The notes beneath the pieces were generated by a model. That model worked only from the letters and a program-made list of their open reading frames with translations. It searched no databases and was not told the DNA's origin. The translations under genes and the position numbers were made by a program. This document shows positions 13,315-25,552 of a stretch of DNA of 64,000 bases, piece by piece (the stretch's first letter is position 1; each line of letters opens with the position of its first letter). The stretch comes from Ginglymostoma cirratum. Lineage: Eukaryota. The DNA is taken from contig JAHRHZ010000115.1 of NCBI GenBank assembly GCA_024137785.1, forward strand, positions 2,572,478 through 2,636,477. The letters run 5' to 3'.

Positions 13315-14047
13315 TGTCGCTGTCCTGTGTAACAGGCCATTCGGATATTTGAAGACTCGCATTCTAATACACCGACCTCAGTAAACTGCTGATGTATATC
13401 TGGAGGCTCCAACCTCGCTGCCTTTTTGGGGGTGGTGATGCTTTGTGTACCAAAGGAAGGTAACACATTCTCAGTGAATTGAAAAATCCTGATCTAGTTT
13501 AGAGTCACTGAACTTACAATGGAGCCCTGAGAATTCTGATGGATTGGCTCCCTTCCATGGTAAGCCATTCACCAGGATCACTGTACCCTTTATTCTCAAG
13601 ATTCTGTTCTTTATCTGCCCAACTTCCTCGACTGATGTCATTTGTTGCTCTTGACCAGTTTTGGGGTGACCCAAAATTGCCCATATGGCCCCCGAGATTT
13701 CTACCCAACACATAATCGTTGCGGTCTCACAAACTGTCCCCTCAAATTACAGTCCCACTTTCTACATCACTGGACTCAATCTCAAATTTATCCACCTGTG
13801 GCTCTGATATCATTTTATCAGATTCTCCTTTATTCTGGTCCTCTGTTGCTGTTTCTCTGTCCTCAGACTCAGGAATATGACTCTCTCTCTCTGTTCCGTC
13901 CTCTCAGCATTCGTCAGTCTCACCTTTCTTCTTCCCATCTGAGGGTATTTGTTGATTCACTGAACACAGCGGCATCATACGGCAAGACCCACTGTACATC
14001 TGAATAATTTTACTGCAGATGTCTTCAGTTTGAACACGCTGTGTGCT

Positions 14048-14079
<32 letters not shown>

Positions 14080-15823
14080 TGTGTGTGTTTGTGTGTGTGT
14101 GTTGGCGCTGCTTTGCGATTGAATGCTACTGTCTGATAATGCTCCCCATCAGACTGGTTGACTGTCGATTTTCGCTGTTGCAGATGTAGTTGCTTCTGGC
14201 TATGCAAAGAGTGAGATTGTATCACACACGTGTCTGACTCTCGCAAACTCAAAAAGATACAGGCCTAGTTTATGTAGCCATTCCGCGTCTATCTCAAACA
14301 TGAAAATTTTTAGCACCCAAACTCTTTCATAAATAATTCCACTGATATTTTTCCCCTCTGAGAGAAGAAATGCCACCTCATCTCTATTTTAAATATATGA
14401 CTCCATATTCTGAGATTATGCTCCTAGACTCTCCCACAAGATGAAACACCTCTTCCTTATCTACACTGCGAAGTTTTCATGACGCATGTTTAGAGCCTAG
14501 TGGACTTGAAGGTGAGCCTATGATTCAAGGGCAGGTGCACTACCGCAATGACATGCGATCCCTCCATGCAGCTCGCTTTTATGCTGGCATTATTCTGATA
14601 TTGATAAATGCAAAGCATGTTTGCTCACATACATTTCTCTGCACACCTCCAGGGCTGGGAAATCGCAAACTAATTTCGTATTAGGTTAGTGGTGTGCTAA
14701 TAAGAACAGTTCCACTCCTTACAGTCCAGGAGTGGAGATGAATGTCTGATCTGTTAATTGTCACGAACAAATCAATACATTAAAGAACATTTCCAGCATT
14801 ATGAAGACAGCTGATGTACACCCGGCCAGTGAAGAGAATCTAACTTTGAGGCTGTTGTAAAGATCAGCTTCACTCCATTGTGAGATCCATCCCTGATCCA
14901 GAAACTCACACCCTCTTAACAAACTGTAGGTTGTTATTCTGGGAAACTGAAGTGGAAGATGTGGAAGTTTGACAGGCGGGCGAACAAATAGAAACAGAGG
15001 ACAAAAGAAACATCAAAATGACCAGTGAAATTATGAATGTTAGCTGGATATGCGGGTTGAGAGTATCACAGACTGCACACTATGTCTGTGTGTGAGTTGA
15101 TCATGCTGCCAGTTTGAATAGCGCTATGTGCTGCTACCCTCCCTCCAACTGAATCCCTGACTCGTCTGGTCTTCATATTGAGTACTAATGGACATCAGCC
15201 AACAGAGGGCGGAACTGCATCATGTTGAACTGAGGCGGGGGCAACAACGAAAGAGGCTGCGGGATTTTTTGATTAATTTATTTATCATCTGCCCTCCAGT
15301 CGATCGATATAAGAAGGTAACAGCTCGCTCCTCCTGAGCTGATATTAGATCCGTTAGACAACGCTCCAGATGAAGTTTTTTAAACTTTTGAACGTTTTCC
15401 ATCAGACACTGAGGCAGACAGAACAAAGCACAGCAGAACACATCGAAACACAAGCACAAACGCTGCAAACCAAATATGTGCAACAAAACAGTCACACAGG
15501 TACACAGGCACATACACACTAGCACTAACACCTGAATGCAGAGATGGAAGCTTTTGGAGACCCATTGCCTTTTGCTTAGTGTGTATGTGTGTATGTATAA
15601 CAACAACAATTGCACTTCCTGCTCTGGCCTACAAAAAGGGCAGCCACTGTTATTTTGGTCTTGTACTCATATCAAAAGGCCATGAAAATGGAGGTGAGAT
15701 TAACGCTGATTATCCTCAAGCTGAATACAATTGCCTCAGCTGAGATACACCGTCATGTGATCTTTTCACATTTCTGTTTTGAGACAACGTTGTGATACCC
15801 TTTATTATTGAGTGTTGGGAGGT

Positions 15824-18800
15824 AACATAAGAACATAAGAACCAGGAGCAGGAGTAGGCCATATGCCCTCTCGAGCCTGCTCCACCATTCAATAAGGTCA
15901 TGGCTAGTCTTTAAGACTCAGCTCCACTTACCCGCCATAACCGTTAATTCCCTTACTTGTCAAAAATTTATCTCGTCTTGACTTAAAAACATTCAGTGAG
16001 GTAGCTTCAACCACTTCACTGGGCAGGGAATTCCACAGATTCACAACCCTTTGAGTGAAGAAGTTCCTCCTGACCTCAGTCCTACACCTGCTTCCCTTTA
16101 TTTTGAGGCAATGCCCTCTTGTCCTAGTTTCACCTGCTAGTGGAAACCACCTCCCTGCCTCCACTTTATCTATTCCCTTCATAATTTTATATGTTTCTAT
16201 AAGATCTCCCCTCATTCTTCTGAATTTCAATGAGTATAAGCCTAGCCTACTCAGTCTCTCCTCATAATCCAACCCTCTCAACTCGAGAATCAAACAAGTG
16301 AATCTCCTCTGCACCCCCTCCAGTGCTAGTATACCTCTTCTCAAGTAAGGAGACCAAAACTGCAGACAGTACTCCAGGTGTGGCCTCACCAGACCCCATA
16401 CAGCTGCAAAATAGCCTCCTTGTTTTTAAATTCCATCCCTCGAGCAATGGCAGACAAAATTCCATTTGCCTTTTTAAAACCTGCTGCACCTGCAATCCCA
16501 CCTTCAGTGATTCATGCACAAGGACACGCAAGTCCCTTTGCACAGCAGCGTGCTGCAATTTTTTGCCATTTAAAACATAGTCCATTTTGGTGTTATTCCT
16601 ACCAAAATGGATGACCTTACACTTATCAACATTGTACTCCATCTGCCAGACCTTTGCCCTCTCAATTAGACTATCTATATCCCTCTGCAGACTTTCAGTG
16701 TCTTCTGCACACTTTCCTCTACCACTCACTTTAGTGTCATCTGCAAATTTTGACACTCCACACTTATCCCCAACTCCAAATCATCCATGTAAATTGTAAA
16801 CAATTGAGGTCCCAACACTGATCACTGAGGCACACCACTAGCCATTGACCAACAACCAGAAAAACATTCATTTACCTCTATTCTTTGCTTTCTACTGGTC
16901 AACCAATCCTCTATCCATGCCAACGCATTACCTGTAATACCATGCAACTTTATCTTATGTAGCAGCTTTTGGTGTGGCACCTTGTCAAATGCCTTCTGAA
17001 ATCCAGATACACCACATCCACAGGTTCCCCATTGTCCACCATGCAAGTAATGTCCTCAAAGAATTCCACCAAATCAGTTAAACATGACCTACCCTTCGTG
17101 AACCCATGCTGGGTGTTCCCAATGGGACAATTTTCATCCAGATGTCTTGCTATTTCTTCCTTAATGATAGATTCAAGCATTTTCCCCACGACTGAAGTTA
17201 AGCTAACTGGCCTATAGCTACCTGCTTTATGCCTACTTCCTTTTTAAAACAGTGGCGTCACATTGGCTGTTTCCCAATCTGTGGAAGAGTGAATTTTGGT
17301 AAATAATTACTGGTGCATTTGCTATTTCCCCCATCACCTGCTTTAGTACCCTGGGATGCATTTCATCAGGGCCAGACGACTTGTTTACCTTTAGCCCCAT
17401 TAGTTGCCCAGCACTGCCTCCTTAGTGATAATGATAGTTTCTAGGTCCTCACCTGCTATAACCTTCTTGCTATTAGTTTTCAGCATGTTATTTGTGTCTT
17501 CCACTGTGAAGACCGACACGAAATAACTGTTTAAAGTCTCGGCTATTTCCTCATTCCCAGTTATTAAATTGACCTTCTCATCCTCTAAAGGACCAATGTT
17601 TACATTCGCCACTCTTTTACAATTTACGCATTTATAGAAACTTTTGCTGCCTGTTTTTATATTCTGAGCTAGTTTACTCTCATAATCTATCTTACCTTTC
17701 TTTATAACGTTTTTAGTGGCTTTCTGTTGGCCTTTGAAGATTTCCCAGTCCACTAGTTTCCCACTACTCTTTGTTTTTTTGTATGTGTGCTTTTTTTTTC
17801 AATCTGATACTTTCCTTTATTTCCTTAAACATCCATGGCTGGCTCTCTCATTTCCTAGAGTTCTTCCTTATCACTGGTATATACTCCTGCTGAGCACTGT
17901 GAAAAGTTGTTTTGAAAGTCCTCCACTGCCCCTCAATTGACCCACCATAAAGTTTTTGCTCCCATTCAACATTATCTAACTCCTTCCTCATTCCTTCATT
18001 GTCTCCTTTGTTTAAAAACAGGACGTATGTATTGGATTTAACCTTCTCAACGCCCCATCTGTATTTTCAATTTGACCGTACTGTGACCCCTCCTTCCGAG
18101 AGGATCCCTAACTGTGAGATCATGAATAATTCCTGTCTCATTACACAGGACGAGATCTAGGATAGCTTGCTCCCTCATAGGTTCCATTACATATTGTTGA
18201 AGGAAATTATCGTGGATGCATTCTGTGAACCCTTCCTCAAGGCTGCCATGACCGACCTGGTTTGACCAATTGATATGTAGATTAAAATCCCCCGTGATAA
18301 TTGCTGTACCATTTTTACATGCATTAGCTATCTCTATGTTTATTGCCCACCCCACCACGATGTCGTTATTTGGTGGCCTCTCGACCATACCTATCAGTGA
18401 CTTCTTCTCCCTCCTATTTCTAATTTCCACTCAAATGGATTCAACGTTTTGTTCAGTAGAACCTATATCATCTCTCACGACTGCCCTGATATCATCCTTA
18501 AAAATCAGAGCAACACCACCTCTCTTACATTCCTGTCTGTCCTTCCAAACAGTTTGATACCCCTGGATATTTAACTCCCATTCATGACCATCCTGTAACC
18601 ATGTCTCTGTAATGGCCACTAAACCATACCCATTTGCCATGATTTGCACCGTCAACTCATCCACCTTATTTCGAATGCTCCGAGCGTTCAGATAAAGAGC
18701 CTTTATACCAGTTTTTGCACCTTCTTTTTGGGCCCTATTACCTCCATTACTAACAGCTCTTGAATTATCCTTCCCTTTAACTTTTTTCCTAATTTTCAAA
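15824..18800 (-). mobile_element. CR1-type LINE, near-complete but disrupted ORF2 (APE endonuclease + RT)
   Basis: APE motifs (LYLNARSIRNK, AITETWL, GDFN), RT motifs (QHGF, DF.KAFDKVPH, SKFADDTK, RPHLEYC), 8-bp tandem 3' tail (taagaaca)n; multiple frameshifts. Confidence 0.93.
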
Positions 18801-19254
18801 AGAACAAAAGAAGAAAATGGCAACACCTTCCAAAGCAATGACCACTTCCATCTAGAATGACAAGGGCGGAAGATACATGGTAACATTATCACTGGTAATC
18901 TTCACCAGCCCCCATCGCCCCAAACACGAGCCATTCACCATCCTGACTTGGAAATGTATCACCCTTCCTTCAGTGACGCTGAATCAATACTCTGGCTTCC
19001 CCGCCATTATGGTTTCCTGTGTGCATCTCCTCGCCAAGTGATGCACCCATTTGAAAAGGCAGCTCATCATCAATTTCTCTAGGGGTATGACGAGTGGGTA
19101 ACAAAAACTATGCTGGCCCACATCTCTTCAGGGAACAAATCATCCAGAAGCCAGTGTCATCATTCCGAATCAAGTTGAGACATTTTCTCGAAGTGAAATG
19201 CTGAGAGCCTCAAACTCTGACACATTGTCAGCTAATGTGATCGGAGTAAATGAG

Positions 19255-19832
19255 ATAACAAGGTGCAGAGCCGGATGAACACATCAGGCCAAGCAACATC
19301 AGAGGAGCAGGAAGGCTGACGTTTCGGGCCTNNNNNNNNNNNNNNNNNNNNNNNNNNNNNNNNNNNNNNNNNNNNNNNNNNNNNNNNNNNNNNNNNNNNN
19401 NNNNNNNNNNNNNNNNNNNNNNNNNNNNNNNNNNNNNNNNNNNNNNNNNNNNNNNNNNNNNNNNNNNNNNNNNNNNNNNNNNNNNNNNNNNNNNNNNNNN
19501 NNNNNNNNNNNNNNNNNNNNNNNNNNNNNNNNNNNNNNNNNNNNNNNNNNNNNNNNNNNNNNNNNNNNNNNNNNNNNNNNNNNNNNNNNNNNNNNNNNNN
19601 NNNNNNNNNNNNNNNNNNNNNNNNNNNNNNNNNNNNNNNNNNNNNNNNNNNNNNNNNNNNNNNNNNNNNNNNNNNNNNNNNNNNNNNNNNNNNNNNNNNN
19701 NNNNNNNNNNNNNNNNNNNNNNNNNNNNNNNTTTCAGCCTTCCTGCTCTTCTGATGCTGCTTGGCCTGCTGTGTTCATCCAGCTCTACACTTTGTTATCT
19801 GAGACTCTACAGCATCTACAGTTTCTACTATG
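19255..19832. mobile_element. Penelope-type non-autonomous repeat, inverted arms flanking an assembly gap
   Basis: 19255-19331 is the reverse complement of the repeat at 25470-25550; a same-family arm resumes at 19732 in the opposite orientation. Confidence 0.6.
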
Positions 19833-20016
19833 TCTGATTGGAGTAATTTTTTTATTAATAGATAGTCAAGCACGGAGGTGTGAAAATATTGTTTTTTTTA
19901 ATTCAATATAGTTTCAGACAAAACGGGGTATGTGAATACCTACTAGGGGTACCAAATGCTTTGAAAAGCCAGTTTCCCGTTTGGGAAATACAATGCGTTT
20001 CCAGGGAGCTGGACGC

Positions 20017-20394
20017 ATGCACCCTTATCTCCTTTCATCATTTCTCCTGTATGTTCTGATTCCAGGTTACAGTGCTCCTGGCTGGAGATCGGAGCACACA
20101 GTCTCTTCTAGCACTGGTGACTGTTGAAGGCTCCTCAGTGACACTGAACTGCAGCACCAGCACCTTGCTCAGCTTCGTCAAGTGGCACCTGTGGGGTAAC
20201 GGGCAGGAGCCGCAGCTTCTGGTCATGGCCTCAGGCAGCGTGGTCGGAACAGGCAAGATTCATGCCGCTCTTCACCGGGAACAGAATTACAGCATTTTGA
20301 CCATCAAAGACACCGAGATGAACGCTGCTGCCATCTGCCTCTGCCATGTGATCTTCACCGTGATGCAACCAAATCAGCACCCAAAACAGGAACG
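20017..20394 (+). pseudogene. Divergent TCR V pseudogene psiV-b (leader 20017-20065, V exon 20073-20355, 23-RSS 20356-20394)
   Basis: Leader-like MHPYLLSSFLLYVLIP, only 7 nt (GTTACAG) before the V exon. V reads LLAGDRSTQSLLALVTVEGSSVTLNCSTSTLLSFVKWHLW...LTIKDTEMNAAAICLCHVI. RSS CACCGTG, 23 bp, ACAGGAACG. Confidence 0.85.
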
Positions 20395-21851
20395 CTGAGG
20401 AGACAGAAACTATACCGACAGTTCACCATCTCAACCACAACAACCTTACAGAGGTGCAGCAATAACGGAGTGAAAATGAACTTTGTGGATCTCCCATGTT
20501 CAATTTGGAAATATTGTATCAATGCTAATCGGTGAGTATTCAGAGTGTATCCATTTTGAAATCATTTCCAGAGATGATATTATATGTCTCTAGATGATGT
20601 TAGCTTAGAAACCGGGTCTATTTGAACCAGAGGGACACACACTGTCAATTCACATCAGTAGCCCCTAAGAATCCCAAGTGTAACTCACCAGGGTCGATTC
20701 TATTCAGGATAATAATAATAATCATGTCCTATTGACAGGAGTACAGCACTGAAATAAACACCGGCTCTGCTCTTTATAATGCACAGCAGGCCAGAGCAGG
20801 AAGTATAGCTGTTATACTTCCATCCACACACTGACCAAAAGTCAAGGACCCGTGACCTCTTACACACTACATTAGTTAAACCAAGACAACGTTATCCGAG
20901 TCAATAACGAGAGTGACCTCTGTGAAAATGCAGGTGAAAAGAAGAGTCAATAAATTGACATTGAAGATACCATCACGTAGTAGTTTTCTTTTTTAACCAT
21001 TATGTTATCTCCAATCAAATTGAGGCTGGGTTGGCTGAGGAGAATCCAAAAGAAGCAGAAAGTGAAGGGGAAACTCAGATTAAAAATAGAGAGACGCCTG
21101 CAGGCGGCAAGAAAGACGGCAATGAGGTTCCACAGAGAAACTGATAGTGGAGATCGATGAATGCGAGATGGTTGGCAGTGATACAAAAAAAAATCAAGAG
21201 GAGGAGTTTGATATAAAATACTGTGCGGTAGTAGTACCAATAAGTCCACATTTACTTTGAACCTTCGCTTGTTCAGACCCACACTATCACACAGATACAC
21301 ACACATACATATAAACAACAATCACACGCACTCATACACGCACGTACACACACACATACAGAAACAGAGAGCTGTTACCCTGTTATGTTCTCAGCAGATA
21401 GAGTTCTATATGATCACCTCGGTTATGAGAGGCTTAATGAACCATTTCCTCAATTCATTCAAATCAGCCGCTTCAGAAACCCCCATTCTAAAGTTGCACC
21501 CTCAGTAAACTGCGGTCGTGTCTCTGGATGCTCCTGTCAGCTGTAAGAAGGTCAAACTTGGAAAAGGGCAGCTTTTTCCCAGTTTACTGCCTGCAAATCA
21601 CACGACCACAGATTGTTGAGGGTGTGGATTTGAACGGGAGGCTTCAAATATGATTCTGTCTTGCGTCTATGGGAGAGCTCAGAGACTGCAGTTTATTTTG
21701 TCAGCAGCTCCGGAAAACAATTTCGTGAGAGTTTGATCGGAGGTTAATTTGGTGTTCTCCCTGTGTGAGTTTGAGCTCCTGACAGCACACTACAGCAGCC
21801 CAGGATTCACGTAAACCCCAGCGGATGCAGAGCCCATCTGTGGTTCAAGGA

Positions 21852-21890
21852 GGTTTTTGTACTGGAATGAGACAGATCCTCATCACCGTG
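21852..21890 (-). promoter_or_regulatory. 23-RSS of V4
   Basis: CACGGTG, 23-bp spacer, ACAAAAACC. Confidence 0.97.
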
Positions 21891-22346
21891 CAGCCACCAA
21901 AACCGCAGTAATACACGGCAGTGTCAGTCAGCTGTAGTCCAGTGATAGTCAAACTCGTCGATTTTTTCGAGGCCTCAAGTTGCATAGAGAAACGATCTTG
22001 CACAAAACTTGCTTTACCATCACTACCACCAGTATCTTGCCACAGAATAAACTCGGGCCGTGCGTCTTGGTGCTGACGGTACCAGTATAATGTGTAATCG
22101 CTCGACGTAGTATCATAGGTGCAGTTTAGAGCCACAGCTTTTCCTTCTTTCTGGACATATGAGGAAGGTGACTGAGTGACAGAATCTCCATGACTCATGT
22201 CTGAAAGGGAAAACAGACATAAATTGTCAAGTGTCAGGCTGTGGTCAGTTTATGCTATGATCTAATAAACAAATGTTAAATGCATCTGCGTCAAGTTTAC
22301 CTGTTAGAATTGTTCCCCACAAAAACCAGATGCTAAGTAGCCGCAT
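21891..22346 (-). CDS. TRAV/TRDV: TCR alpha/delta V gene V4 (leader 22346-22301, V exon 22200-21891), apparently functional and most D-proximal
   Basis: Leader MRLLSIWFLWGTILT(G). V reads MSHGDSVTQSPSSYVQKEGKAVALNCTYDTTSSDYTLYWYRQH...LTDTAVYYCGFGG. Confidence 0.96.
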
Positions 22347-22387
22347 TGCTGCTGTCCTCTGTGCAACCGGATATTTGAAGGCACCCA

Positions 22388-22424
22388 TTCTATAAACCCG
22401 CTGTCAGTAACATGCTGACGTGTC
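22388..22424 (-). promoter_or_regulatory. Putative V promoter: TATA-like plus CRE-like (TGACGT) element
   Basis: TTTATA ~45 bp and TGACGT ~70 bp upstream of the ATG; TGACGT is at an equivalent position for V1 (443-448) and degenerate for V2/V3. Confidence 0.5.
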
Positions 22425-23054
22425 TCTGACGGTTCCAACTTCACTGCCTTGTGGGCGGGAGGAAGAGAGCGGACTCTCAGTGAATTGACACATCCGAGAA
22501 GAGTTACAGTTACTGCACTTAAAAGACATCACTGAGAATTCTGATTGACTGGCCTCCATCCATGATGAGCAATTCCCCAGAATCATTGTACCCTTGACTC
22601 TGAATACCCTTTTTTTAACTGCCCACTTCCCCAGTTGATGTCAATTTTTCTTCTTATTCAGTTCGCGAGTCACCAAAATTGCTGACTGCCCTCGCCGAGA
22701 TTTCCGCCCGGCCCATACTCCTCACAGTCCCACAAACTGCTCCCTTCCTGAATACAACCCCTCAAGCCCCACCTTCTCCATCATTGGAAGCAACCTCAGT
22801 CGTAACCAGCATTATCTCCATTATCACTTTTACCAAACTCTGCATTCTGCTCCTCTACTGTTGTTTCTCTGTCCTCAGGCTCAAGATTACCACTCTCTCC
22901 CTATGTTACTCCCTCTCAGCGTTCTTCACTAACCTCGTTCTCACCTTCCTCCTTCCTTTCTGTGGGTGCTTTCTGACTCACTGAACACAGAGGCCTCACA
23001 CAGAAGAACCCACTGCGCACCTGAACAAATTTTCAGTCCTGATCCTCAGGTCAT

Positions 23055-23345
23055 GGGGATACAATGGCCTAGTGGTATAATCACTGGACTGCTAATCCCG
23101 AGACCCAGGCAATGTTCTGAGGACCCGGGTTCGAGTCTCACAATAAATATTTGCAATTAAGACTCTGATGACCGTGAACCCATTGTCAGTTGTTGGGGAA
23201 AAACCCACCTGGTTCACTAGTGCCCTTAGGGAAGAAAACTGCCATCTTTACCTGGTGACTCCAGACCTGGTTGACTCTTAACCGCCCTCTGGGCAATAAA
23301 TGCTTGTCCAGCCAGCGAGGTCTTCATCCCATGAATGAAAGGAAA
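23055..23345 (+). mobile_element. tRNA-derived SINE
   Basis: A-box-like tggcctagtgg and B-box-like ggttcgagtc; same family as 2975-3322. Confidence 0.8.
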
Positions 23346-23870
23346 AAATCTTCAGTCCGACCACACTGTGTATGGGGGTGTCTCTGAGCGTGCTCGCTCA
23401 TCTTTCTGTGAAATGGAAGATATCTTCGAAAGCCGCGCGACGTTGCTCTTGCCGAAGTGATACAATGCCACCCTCTGCTGGCTGTCTGAAGTTACTGCAA
23501 GCACAATGTGAAAATGGCCTGGGAATCAGTCAGAGAGAGAACAGTAAGGTCAACATACATATAGAGACAAACAGAATCAGTGTGGGTATTAGGGAGGTGG
23601 CCACAGTGAAGATTACAGAGGGGTAAATGTGGAGATTACAAAGAGGGTGAGATGTGGACAGCGTGAGGATTACAGATGTAAGTTCTAATCATGTTCTCTC
23701 AGAATCATATGTTTCAATTCAATTACGTGAGAATTTTGCAACCTCAAGAGGTTACAAGTCTATACAGTCTTTCCATGTCTATCTCAGTCTTGAACATACT
23801 TAGCACACAAGCTCTGTGATAAACAATTCCAGACATTCTTTTCCCTCTGAAAGAAGAGGGTGCCTCTTCA

Positions 23871-24815
23871 ACTCAGTTCTGGCAAGATGGCGGCAGAGTA
23901 GAATGCTCCTGCCAGAGTTCGTCTGCTCCGCCTGTTCTTTTTCTTTGTTTTCCCATTTATTGTCCTCTTTCTTTTTCTCCTTCTCTCCAATCAGCTTCTG
24001 TGGTGGATACTGATGGAGCGGCAGGCGCCAGCAGCAAGTCCCTGGAGCAGCATGGCCTGGAAGAGCGCATGGGCTGTAATCCCGTGAGTAGCACGTGGGC
24101 TGTGATCCCGGGAGCAGCACGTGTGCTGTGAGCCCTGGAGCAGTGCGTGGGCTGTGAGCCCTGGAGCAGTGCGTGTGCTTGGAGCCCTGGTGCAGCACGT
24201 GGGCTGTGAGCCTGGGAGCAACGCGTGGGCTGCGAGTGCGGGAGCAGGGCGTGCGCGGGGAGCCCGGGAGCAGTAGGTGGGCTGTGAGCCCGGGAGCAGC
24301 ACGGGAGTTGTGAGCCTGGGAACAGTGTGTGGGCTGTAAGCCCTGAATCAGTGCGTAGGCTGCAAGCCCCGGAGCCGTGCGAAGAAGCAACCAAGGAGCG
24401 TCGCGAAGGCAGCGAGTCCCGGGCAAACACCAGCCTGGGGGAGGCAGTCCTGGCACTTACCCTGGAGCAGCTGAGTGCCGGTGTAGTGCAGCCTTAGACT
24501 TGGAGCACAGCAGGGATGGCTGTTGGACTGGCCAATCAGAACACGTGTGGATGCCCTACTGTAAGATGTTATACTGCATTGTGTATTTGAAATTTCCTTC
24601 CTTGCAATAATGTCAACCCTTTAATGACGTTCTATTTTTAACTTACTTTTCAACTCTGTAAGTTACACTACTACTTCTGTTCTTCTGCTGTGCCCAAGAA
24701 TTGTATTTAGGTACTTGTAACTAAGATGTCGCTGTGAGAAGGCAGAGGTTGTGAAAGCTTTTCACTGTACTCCTAATATGAAATACACGTGACAATAAAA
24801 GATATTCTATTGTGT
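23871..24815 (+). mobile_element. Non-autonomous retroposon-like insertion containing a 26-bp minisatellite (~24043-24380)
   Basis: Interrupts a block that is contiguous in paralogs (~2700, ~12180, ~14380); 3' end ttttcactgta...gtgacaataa shared with the LINE fragment ending at 36590. Confidence 0.65.
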
Positions 24816-25454
24816 TGTATGTTAAATGTGTGAATCCTTATTCTGATATTATGCCTTCTGCTCCTAGACTCCCCTATGGGGGAAAATAACATTTCTGCGT
24901 CCACTTAGTCAATTTTTCATTACACACGTCCAGATCATGTGGCACTTGAATGTGAACCTCCTGACACAAATAGGGACAGTACCACAATGGCACAAGATCC
25001 CTCCACACAGCTCGCTCATTATCTGACGAATAATGCTGATGATCATAAAACACAAAGCATGTCTACTCGCATCATTTCTCTGCAGACCTCCAATCCTGGA
25101 TTAACACAAACTAATTATGTTCTACTTTCGTGGGGTTTGAATCAGAATGGTTCCACGCTTTAGAGTCCAGGAGTGGAGCTGAATGTCTGGTCTGTTAATG
25201 GTCACGAACAAATCAAGAAATTGAGCAGGTTTTCCAGCATTACGAAGACGGCTGAAGTACATCCCGCCATTTTAAGAGAATCTAACTTTGAGTCCGTTAT
25301 ATGAGTCAGCCTCATTACATTGTGAGATCTGTTTATTGTGTGCAAACCTTCCGTGATCCAGAAACTCGCACTGAGCAAACACTACCTCTTAACAAACCGT
25401 GGATTTTTGTAGATGAGGAGTGAATTGTTCAGAATGAACAGAATGAACGAAAAT

Positions 25455-25552
25455 TTTCTGAAGAAGGGTCTAGGCCCGAAACGTCAGCCTTCATACTCCT
25501 CTGATGCTGCTTAGCCTGCTGTGTTCATCCAGCTCTACACCTTGTTATCTCA
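25455..25552 (+). mobile_element. Penelope-type short repeat with hammerhead-ribozyme-like core
   Basis: CTGAAGA-AGGGTCTAGGCCC-GAAACGTC followed by the family tail; near-identical copy at 31805-31902. Confidence 0.65.

Noticed and set aside
2648-23608. Isolated perfect heptamers at 2648, 6073, 11787, 23364 and 23602
   Set aside because: No correctly spaced nonamer or adjoining gene segment; expected by chance
23800-24456. Repetitive ORFs or a CRISPR-like array
   Set aside because: 26-bp head-to-tail minisatellite with no unique spacers; eukaryotic context
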